Source of the DNA: Verrucomicrobiales bacterium
Lineage (GTDB): Bacteria; Verrucomicrobiota; Verrucomicrobiia; Verrucomicrobiales; V1-33
Direction of reading: 5' to 3'
Assembly: GCA_031411295.1 (NCBI GenBank)
Contig: JANOAV010000105.1
Span: 1-64,000 of the forward strand
DNA: 64,000 bases
Of the stretch, positions 56,256 through 64,000 are shown one piece after another. The notes beneath the pieces were generated by a model that saw nothing but the letters and a program-made list of their open reading frames with translations, did no database searches and was not told the DNA's origin. The first letter of the stretch is position 1. Each line of letters opens with the position of its first letter. Position numbers and translations under genes: made by a program.

Positions 56256-59200
56256 TTAGGAAAGCGGTGGGAGTCCGCGCGCCCGTGCCATGGCGGCTCG
56301 GGCAGCGGTCGCCCGGGCGCGGGCTTGCGTCGCCATGTTCTGGGCAGCGGTGATGGGGAGGGCGGCTGGTTTCGCGGGGTGCAGTGGTGGGGCGGTTTCC
56401 AGCAGCCCCGCCAGCGAGGCAATCGTCGGATGCGAGAAAACCTGCACAATCGAGAGGGTCAAGCCCAACTCACTGCGCAGTCGCTGATGCACGCGTATCA
56501 TCAGTAATGATTGCCCCCCAAGATCGAAGAAATTTTCGTGGATCGAAATGTCAGTGAGGCCAAAGGCGCGTTGCCAGATCTCGGCCATGGCCTTTTCCAA
56601 AGGCGTGCGCGGAGCGACACGTTCGGCGGTTCGCGTCACTGGCAGGGTGGTCGGGGCCATGCCCGCTGGCAGTTGGCAGGAGGCCATGATGGTGGACAAT
56701 GAATGCTGCTCTGGGCCGATGAGCTGCAGGAGGAGTTGCTTCCATTCCTCCAGCAGCAAGCGGGCCCGGGCGGGGGAACACGAGGCCGCTTGATGGGCTA
56801 ATAATATTTCGTAGGTCGTCCCCGGCGTAATCATTAGCGTCAGCGGGTAGTTCGTATGCACTGGCCCGACGAACTCCGACAACGCGACCTCGGGGCCAAA
56901 GGTCATGACCCCATGTTGCGTCTGGAAGTTTTGGAACACCAGCAAACTGTCGAACAAGCGTCGATTCCAGGGGATCTCACTCCATTCCTGCATTTGCGCG
57001 ATGCTGGAATGCTGATGCCCCGTCAGTGTAAAAAGCTGGGCCTGAACTTCCTTGATAAAATCTTTGGAGCGCTGATCCGGCCTGACTTGCAGGCGGACCG
57101 GCAGGTTGTTGATAAAGGGGCCGACGATGCGTTCCACGCCCGCTAGTTCGCTGGGACGACCATTGCTGGCAGTGCCGAACATCACTTCCGTGACATCGGC
57201 ACAACGTGCCAAGAGCAGTGCCCAAGCGGCATGGAGCACCGCCCCGTTGGTAACTTGGTGCGCCCGAGCAAAACGTGTGAGCCGATCCACCACATCAACG
57301 CCAAGCACGATCACGGTTTCGGAGAATTTCCGGCCGACCCCTTGATGCTGTAAGGTTTCGAGCGGCACTGGGGTTGGTGCCGTAAGGCCACGAAGTTCCG
57401 CGCGCCAGAAATCAGCCTCAGCTTCTTGCGGTCTGGCCTGCAGCCATGCCAAATATTCCCGATACGCGGGTGCCACCGGCAGCGGGGTGCTTGAGGTCAT
57501 GAGCGACGAAACCTCCTGGAAGACAATTGGCCAGGACCAGCCATCCATCAGGATTTCCGGCACGCACCATAGGAATCGCCAGGTGGTGTCCGTCAAACGG
57601 ATCAGCGCGAAACGTGAGAGGGGAGCGATTGTCAAATCATTCGGTCGCGCTGCGTCTTGCAGAAGAAATTCCGTCCACTTTGCAGCGTGCGTTTCCGCCG
57701 CCTGTCCGCGCCAATCGTCGAGGTGCCAGTAGGGTTGCAGTCCATTCCTCACGACTTGCACGGGCTGGTTCAATTGATGGGAATGAAAGGAGGTGCGCAG
57801 CAACCCATGGCGCTGCAAGACTTGCTCCCAGGCGGCCTGGAAACGTGGCACATCGAGTGGCCCCTCCAACCGGCTGTGCCATTGGTCATAGCCGGCATTG
57901 GTTTTGGCTACGGCGGCTCCATAATACAATTCTTGAATCGGAGAGAGCGGCCAGACATCCGCCACCTCTCCTGGCGCTTGTTGGAGCTTGGCTAGTTCAA
58001 CCGGGGAAAGTTTCACCAGCGTGAAATCGTTGACCTCCGGAGGCGCAGCCAATCCCTGGCTGGCCCGTGTGATGATTTCCCGCAAGGCGCTGGCGAAAGC
58101 TTCCACTAATGGTTGCACGCGAGCTGTAGCAAGGCGATCGGCGTTATACTTCCACTCGAGTTGGAATTTCTCCTCGCGAATAAAGCAATCGATCTCATGC
58201 TCGTGCAGCCGCATGGCGGAGAAATGATGCCACGGTCCGGTGGCTTCAGGGGCGAGCGTGAAGAGAGTGGATTCGGCTGTCAGTTGATCGAGTCGGCCCC
58301 AGAAGTTAAAAGCAATTTCAATCTCGCTAGGCGGCAAAGGAGAAGTGTCTGCATACCGCAGGAAACCATAGCCAGCACCATTTTGCGGCAGGCTCTGGAG
58401 TTGGTCCCGCACGTGTCGCATGACGGCAAGGATGTCATTACTTTCCGGCGGCAAGGTGAGGCCAAGTGGAAAGAGTGCGGTAAACCAACCCACGGTCCGG
58501 CTGAGATCTGCGCTGCCGAAAAGTTCCTCCCGTCCATGCGCCTCTAAATGCAGCCAAACTTGATCACGCCCCAACTGCCGATGACAGGCCAAGAGGAAGG
58601 CACTGAGCAGCGCGTCTTGGATGCGCGTGCGATAAACGTTGGGAACCTTTTGCAGCAGCGTCGTTGTTTCCTCAACGGTTAGTTCAAAGCGCAAGGTGGT
58701 CGCGCTCCCTTCAGTGTTAGTGTGGCTGCGATTAGGCTCCAGCAATGGCGTGATGGTTCCCGGCAACCGCTGTGCCCACCAGGTCTTCTCGGCCATGGCC
58801 GCTGGAGAGCGTGACCAAAGCTCGCCCAACGCCGCCGCATCCGCAAAGGGCGTAGGCACGGCTTCCAGCGCGGCACCATGATAGGCTGCTTCAAGGTCGT
58901 GCAGCAGAATATTCCACGACACGCCATCCACCGCCAAGTGATGCGCGACGCACAGTAAGCGCCCCGGACGATCCTCGCCCAAGTCCGCATACACCAAGCG
59001 CAGCAGCGGGCCATGCTCATAGTTCAAGCGCGATTGCGCAGACTCGCTGAGTTTGAGGATTTTCTGCGCCAATTTGCCATTGGCGAAACCATTTAAATCA
59101 TGGCATTCCAAGGTCTCCAAGACCTCCAAAGCGGAAACCTTCTGCTGCCACCCCGAGGCACCTTTGGTGAATCTGAGCCTCAGCGCCTGATGCTGAGCAA

Positions 59201-62200
59201 GCAGCGCAGCTACGGCGCGACGCAGCTTAGGCACCTCCAGCCGTTCATTGACCGACAGTAGGAAAGCTTGATTCCAGTGGTGACTAGCCTGGAGTTCCTG
59301 GGCAAAGAACCAGCGCTGAATGGGCAGCAGTGGAATGTTCTCGGTCGAAGCATTCAGGGCGGATTGGGTCGCTTGCCCCAAGCCTTCGATCTTTGCCAGT
59401 TGGGCGATGGTTTGATGTTCGAACAACTGCCGCGGCGTGAAGGATAACCCTACTTTGCGAGCTTGGGCAATCATGTGAATGCTCAAAATGGAATCACCAC
59501 CGAGGGCAAAGAAGTTATCGTTCACACCTACACGGTCCACCTTTAGGACCTTCGCCCAGATGCGTGCTAACTGCGTTTCCGCTGCGGTAGCAGGCTCCAC
59601 GAATGCTTGCGTCAGGAGTTCGCGCGGGCCGCTGGGAGCTGGTAATGCCACGCGATCCAGCTTGCCGTTGCTGGTGAGAGGAAAATGCTCCAAGACCACG
59701 AAAGCCGCCGGCACCATGTAATCTGGCAACTTAATCTGGAGATGCGAGCGGAGCGACTCAACGCTGGGTCGCTCGGCTTTGGGGACGAGATAGGCCACAA
59801 GTCGCTTCTCCCCGGGATGATCTTCGCGCGCCAGCACCGCCACTTCCTGCACTTGCGGATGAATTGTTAGGATGGATTCGATTTCTCCCAATTCAATGCG
59901 GAAGCCACGAATTTTAACCTGTTGATCGATCCGCCCCAGATACTCTACGTCACGGCCGGGGAGGAAGCGAGCGAGGTCGCCCGTGCGGTAAAGCCGGGCG
60001 TTAGGCAACGTGGAAAATGGATTGGCAATGAAACGCTGTGCAGTCAGTTCCGGACGCTGCAAGTAACCCTGAGCAAGCCCGGCCCCGCCGACGAATAATT
60101 CCCCGGGCACGCCTAACGGCACCGGTTGGAGGTGCGCATCGAGGATGTAGAGTTGGAGATCCGGGATCGGAATTCCGATCACGCTGCCCCCGTGGACGTC
60201 GGCGGCCGAGATCGGGCGGTAGGTCACGTGCACCGTTGTTTCCGTGATGCCATACATATTCACCAGTTGAGGCGTCCGGTCGCCATGACGCTCGAACCAT
60301 GGTTGCAGGCTTTGCATTTCCAAGGCTTCGCCTCCGAAGATGACGTAGCGTAGAGCCAGATCCAGGGGCTGGGTGGCGGCGGCCTCTGCGGCCATGAGTT
60401 GACGGAAAGCGCTGGGGGTTTGATTCAGGACGGTGACTTGCTCTGCTGCCAGGAGTCGATAAAAATCCTCGGGCGAACGTGAGGTGTGGTAAGGCACGAT
60501 CAACAGGCGACCACCATACAGCAGCGCGCCCCAGATCTCCCAAACGCTGAAGTCAAAAGCCACACTGTGAAATAGCGTCCAAACATCCGTGCTATCAAAT
60601 CCAAACCAAGCCTCGGTGCTTTGGAACAAGCGCGCCACGTTGCGATGTGTGACGATGCACCCCTTGGGTCGCCCCGTAGAGCCGCTCGTGAAAATCACAT
60701 AAGCCGCATGGTCGGGGGTGACTTCGACGGATGGATCATTGGAGTTTCCACCGTGGTAGATTTGCAGGTCATCCACATACAGATTCTTGCAACCGTGCCG
60801 TGGCAGGCGGGCGCTGAGCTTGCGTTGCGTTAGCAGCACCGGAGCCGCCGCATCTTCCAGCATGAAACTCAGACGTTCCGCCGGATAACTCAGATCGATG
60901 GGAACGTAGGCGGCACCACATTTCAGTATCGCCAGCAAAGCCACGATCAAATCCAGGCTGCGTTCCACACACACGCCCACCAGCATGCCCGGGGTCACCT
61001 GCTGACCCTGCAAATAATGCGCCAGTTGGTTCGCCCGTTGGTTGGTCTGGGCATACGTCCAGTTCGTGCCCTCACAAGTAAGCGCAATGTCGTTTGGCGT
61101 GCGGGCCGCAATCCCTTCGAACCAATGGTGCAGGCAAATGTCTCCACCGAATTCGCGCTGCCCCTGATGGAAATCCTCCACCAGTTCGCGACGTGCTTCG
61201 CTGGTAAGGATTTGCAATTCGCTCAGGGGCTTTTCAGGATGGTCGCAGAGCGATTCAATCAGCATTTCGTAATGTTGCAGCCATCTCTCCGCGGTGGCTT
61301 CCGTGAGCACTGCGCAGTTGTATTCCAACACCAACGCATAACCTTCAGGCAACGGAGTGGTCTCCAAGACCAGATCGAATTTGGCCCCTCCGTTGTGGAT
61401 GCTAACGGGCTCGCAGGCAAGGCCGGGCACGCTGAAATCCGCCCCCGCAGAATCCTGGAGGACAAACAAATGCTGGATCAGCGGGGGATGGCTGAGATCG
61501 CGCGGCAGGTTCAGGGAATCGACCAAATTCTCGAAAGGCAGATCCTGATGATTCAAGGCGTTCACTACCGTCGCCCGAGCGGACGCAAGGAAATCCAGAC
61601 CTGACTGCTCAGGGTGGCATGACGTCCGGAGAATGACGGTATTGACAAAACAGCCCATCACATTCTGCACCGCTGAATGCGTGCGCCCCGCCACTGGGGT
61701 GCCGATGACGATGTCGGTGGCTCCGCTTAGTCGATGCAGGAGCACTTGGAAGGCCCCGGCCAGGATGACGAAGGGCGTGGTTTGCACTCGTTGCGCCAGG
61801 GCTTCGATGCGTTTCCGGAGATCGAGTCTTAATCCCCGCGCCACCACATCGCCCACATAATTTCGCACCGGAGGGTGCGGGCGATCCGTCGGCAGTTGGA
61901 GGATCGGTGGGGCTCCGCGCATTTGCTCTTTCCAATAAGCCAGGTCTGCCGTGAAGTCCCCGGTCTCCAGACGGCGGTTGATCCATGAGGCAAAGCCGGC
62001 ACACGTGGCCGCGAGTTGCGGCCAGACTGGCTGACGCTGACGCAAGGCGGCGTTGTAGGCCAGCGCCAAATCCTGATAGAATAAGGTGACCGACCAACCA
62101 TCCGAGATGATGTGGTGGAAGGTAACCACGAGCAAATGCTCCTCGGGCGAAATCTGATAGAGCAAGCAGCGACACAGCGGACCTTCCGCCAGACTAAACG

Positions 62201-64000
62201 GGATGCGGGCGTCAGCCGTGGCGAGTTCCAATGCGGCCTCCAAGTTGCCCACCTGGCTCACCTGCCAGTGCAGTGGGGTTTCCGGATGCAATTTCTGACT
62301 TGGACGACCGTCAATGCTGGGGAAGGTGGCGCGCAGCACGCTGTGACGTTGGACCACGCTGCGCAGGGCCGCGGCTAGGAAATCCTGTCGCAGTGGACCT
62401 TGCAGGCGACGTGCCGTGGGGATGTTATAGGCCGCGCGATTCCCGATTAGTTGATCGAGGAACCAGAGCCGTTGCTTCGGTGGCGACAATTCCGTCTCCT
62501 CCTGCGCCAGCAGATTCAGCTCGGAGGCGTCAATCCGCGGCAAGTTAGGCTGTTGCAATTTTGCGGCTAGCAGCGCCACGGTTGGTTGGGTAAATAACAG
62601 CGTGAGGGGCAGTCGGACGTTGAATTGATCCGCTATGAGGGAAACAATGCGCGTTGCGGCCAGCGATTGGCCACCAAGGTCGGTGAACCGATCCATCACG
62701 CCGATAGGATAGACTTGAAGCACTTCCTCCCAGATCTGCACGAGGCGCGACTCCATTTCGTCGCGCGGGGCGACGAGTTCCGTGGCACTGACAGGGCGGG
62801 CCCGTTTGCGGGCGCTGGCGACGGCTTTGGCGATGTTGGCCGCCGATTGAAATTGGTTGGCGATGGCCGCGAAATCCGGCCGTGTCACTGGGGCGGCTTC
62901 ATTGAATGGCGCTGAATCCGCAGCGGGAACCGGAAGGGTGACGGCATCCGCATTAAATTTCACCGCTCTGGCTCGCGTGACGGGGAAATGATAGTTGCCG
63001 TCCTTGAAGCCGTCCGGGCAGACTGCTTCCAGGAAATTTGCCATCGGTTGATTCCGTGCCGTGGCTTTGAACGGCAGCACAATGCCGAGGCTTTGGCGCG
63101 CAGCGGCTTCGTCGCCTAACTGCGCCAGCATCCGATGCTCGACTCCCTTTCCCAGCACGCGACACGACAGCAGAAAATTTTCCACAAAACAAAGCGGACC
63201 GCGCGTGCGGTAGATTAGCAAACCCACATCGCCATAGTCACCGAAGCGATCCTTCACATGCAGCAGCAAGGCATGCGTGTCCGCCGCCTGCAGCGCATTG
63301 GCGACCTCGGCCTCCGTGCGGCGGACTCCAGTGGCGTTGAACTGATTCGTGCGTTGAGTGAGTTGAGATACCCGCGGATAGTCGAAGAGATTCGGGATGC
63401 GAAATGTTAGCTGCAATTCCAGCCCGTCGATAAAATCTGCGAACGAGGTGGCTTGTGCCGCCGCTTGCGTGCGCTGGGCGTTGACCTGCATCAACTCCGT
63501 GCGTCGGCCATCCTCCTTGGTGGCAGCATGGATGTCCAGTGCCCAGTGGTGATTGATGAGCGGGAGGATCTCATTTTCCTGAGCCGGGAGCGTGATGGTC
63601 GTGAGGTCCGGAAATGCCGCCGCCACCTCGGCACATTCGATGGGGTTATCATCGATGAAGACCACGGCATCCGGATGGATATTCCATTCGGAGAGCAACT
63701 CCCGCACGCTGCTGGATTTCGGTCGCCAGGAAATTTTCCAGCCCGCAAAATCCGCCTCTTGGAGGATCATTTCCGGTCGGGCCAAGGTTGCGCGAACGTC
63801 GCGCACTTCATTTTTACTGGCTAGGCCGAGCAAAGCCCCTTGTTGCTTCAAGTGCAGTAAATGCCGCTGGAAGGCTAAGCGCGCTGACCCCAGGGTGATT
63901 CCACCAGCGCCGACTTCACCCACCACGCCACCCCACAGCGTCTGGTCCGCATCCACGATGACGGCCTTGCAGGGAGCTTGCAGCAACGTTCGCGCCCGGC
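56256..64000 (-). CDS. NRPS, 5'-truncated by the window edge: FkbH-T-C-A(Thr)-T-E-C*(non-canonical)-T
   Basis: FkbH DADQTLWGG / SKN / FIDDNPIEC / RTNQFN / DRFGDYG / LLSCRVLG; T GGQSL; C HHIISDG; A code DFWNIGMVH(K); T GGDSI; E HHLAVDGVSW / EAHGRE / RTVGWFT; C PEILMDG; T GGQSL. The frame stays open to position 64000. Confidence 0.93.
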   Translation of the reverse strand, partial: RARTLLQAPCKAVIVDADQTLWGGVVGEVGAGGITLGSARLAFQRHLLHLKQQGALLGLASKNEVRDVRATLARPEMILQEADFAGWKISWRPKSSSVRELLSEWNIHPDAVVFIDDNPIECAEVAAAFPDLTTITLPAQENEILPLINHHWALDIHAATKEDGRRTELMQVNAQRTQAAAQATSFADFIDGLELQLTFRIPNLFDYPRVSQLTQRTNQFNATGVRRTEAEVANALQAADTHALLLHVKDRFGDYGDVGLLIYRTRGPLCFVENFLLSCRVLGKGVEHRMLAQLGDEAAARQSLGIVLPFKATARNQPMANFLEAVCPDGFKDGNYHFPVTRARAVKFNADAVTLPVPAADSAPFNEAAPVTRPDFAAIANQFQSAANIAKAVASARKRARPVSATELVAPRDEMESRLVQIWEEVLQVYPIGVMDRFTDLGGQSLAATRIVSLIADQFNVRLPLTLLFTQPTVALLAAKLQQPNLPRIDASELNLLAQEETELSPPKQRLWFLDQLIGNRAAYNIPTARRLQGPLRQDFLAAALRSVVQRHSVLRATFPSIDGRPSQKLHPETPLHWQVSQVGNLEAALELATADARIPFSLAEGPLCRCLLYQISPEEHLLVVTFHHIISDGWSVTLFYQDLALAYNAALRQRQPVWPQLAATCAGFASWINRRLETGDFTADLAYWKEQMRGAPPILQLPTDRPHPPVRNYVGDVVARGLRLDLRKRIEALAQRVQTTPFVILAGAFQVLLHRLSGATDIVIGTPVAGRTHSAVQNVMGCFVNTVILRTSCHPEQSGLDFLASARATVVNALNHQDLPFENLVDSLNLPRDLSHPPLIQHLFVLQDSAGADFSVPGLACEPVSIHNGGAKFDLVLETTPLPEGYALVLEYNCAVLTEATAERWLQHYEMLIESLCDHPEKPLSELQILTSEARRELVEDFHQGQREFGGDICLHHWFEGIAARTPNDIALTCEGTNWTYAQTNQRANQLAHYLQGQQVTPGMLVGVCVERSLDLIVALLAILKCGAAYVPIDLSYPAERLSFMLEDAAAPVLLTQRKLSARLPRHGCKNLYVDDLQIYHGGNSNDPSVEVTPDHAAYVIFTSGSTGRPKGCIVTHRNVARLFQSTEAWFGFDSTDVWTLFHSVAFDFSVWEIWGALLYGGRLLIVPYHTSRSPEDFYRLLAAEQVTVLNQTPSAFRQLMAAEAAATQPLDLALRYVIFGGEALEMQSLQPWFERHGDRTPQLVNMYGITETTVHVTYRPISAADVHGGSVIGIPIPDLQLYILDAHLQPVPLGVPGELFVGGAGLAQGYLQRPELTAQRFIANPFSTLPNARLYRTGDLARFLPGRDVEYLGRIDQQVKIRGFRIELGEIESILTIHPQVQEVAVLAREDHPGEKRLVAYLVPKAERPSVESLRSHLQIKLPDYMVPAAFVVLEHFPLTSNGKLDRVALPAPSGPRELLTQAFVEPATAAETQLARIWAKVLKVDRVGVNDNFFALGGDSILSIHMIAQARKVGLSFTPRQLFEHQTIAQLAKIEGLGQATQSALNASTENIPLLPIQRWFFAQELQASHHWNQAFLLSVNERLEVPKLRRAVAALLAQHQALRLRFTKGASGWQQKVSALEVLETLECHDLNGFANGKLAQKILKLSESAQSRLNYEHGPLLRLVYADLGEDRPGRLLCVAHHLAVDGVSWNILLHDLEAAYHGAALEAVPTPFADAAALGELWSRSPAAMAEKTWWAQRLPGTITPLLEPNRSHTNTEGSATTLRFELTVEETTTLLQKVPNVYRTRIQDALLSAFLLACHRQLGRDQVWLHLEAHGREELFGSADLSRTVGWFTALFPLGLTLPPESNDILAVMRHVRDQLQSLPQNGAGYGFLRYADTSPLPPSEIEIAFNFWGRLDQLTAESTLFTLAPEATGPWHHFSAMRLHEHEIDCFIREEKFQLEWKYNADRLATARVQPLVEAFASALREIITRASQGLAAPPEVNDFTLVKLSPVELAKLQQAPGEVADVWPLSPIQELYYGAAVAKTNAGYDQWHSRLEGPLDVPRFQAAWEQVLQRHGLLRTSFHSHQLNQPVQVVRNGLQPYWHLDDWRGQAAETHAAKWTEFLLQDAARPNDLTIAPLSRFALIRLTDTTWRFLWCVPEILMDGWSWPIVFQEVSSLMTSSTPLPVAPAYREYLAWLQARPQEAEADFWRAELRGLTAPTPVPLETLQHQGVGRKFSETVIVLGVDVVDRLTRFARAHQVTNGAVLHAAWALLLARCADVTEVMFGTASNGRPSELAGVERIVGPFINNLPVRLQVRPDQRSKDFIKEVQAQLFTLTGHQHSSIAQMQEWSEIPWNRRLFDSLLVFQNFQTQHGVMTFGPEVALSEFVGPVHTNYPLTLMITPGTTYEILLAHQAASCSPARARLLLEEWKQLLLQLIGPEQHSLSTIMASCQLPAGMAPTTLPVTRTAERVAPRTPLEKAMAEIWQRAFGLTDISIHENFFDLGGQSLLMIRVHQRLRSELGLTLSIVQVFSHPTIASLAGLLETAPPLHPAKPAALPITAAQNMATQARARATAARAAMARARGLPPLS

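Noticed and set aside
56249..56449. N-terminal extension of the 2958-aa PKS-NRPS ORF
   Set aside because: It overlaps the upstream NRPS 3' end and is low-complexity; ATG 56248 sits just after the upstream stop and right before the KS.

Overview
Bacterial chromosomal window with Verrucomicrobia-like gene content: a MurC-MurB fusion, a giant CotH/lamin-tail secreted protein, a DUF1080 heme protein and an FxTTxW-type ECF sigma factor. The taxon is inferred from gene families only. From left to right: (1) the 3' end of a class C (IIC) group II intron whose maturase has an in-frame stop (1-568); (2) an AT-richer integron-like cassette array with GCCGAAC...GTTCGGC attC-like hairpins and a candidate attI-like tandem repeat (922-2964), with no integrase in the window; (3) housekeeping and envelope genes (esterase, discoidin-domain sensor kinase, APC permease, murC-murB, MoxR/ABC/DUF58 operon, YhaM-like HD protein, def, ECF sigma, NUDIX, lysC and others), with REP-like palindromes between genes; (4) a 2922-aa multidomain secreted CotH-kinase protein and a CAP-domain protein that share a conserved C-terminal module; (5) a minus-strand hybrid biosynthetic cluster running off the right edge: FkbH-T-C-A(Thr)-T-E-C*-T, then KS-AT-ACP-aminotransferase-C-A(Thr)-T-TE, translationally coupled to an exported, membrane-anchored trypsin-like protease. 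The strongest candidates for undescribed systems are this NRPS-PKS plus protease cluster and the cassette array. No rRNA, tRNA or CRISPR array was recognised. All calls come from reading motifs by eye; no database searches were run, and internal domain boundaries are approximate.
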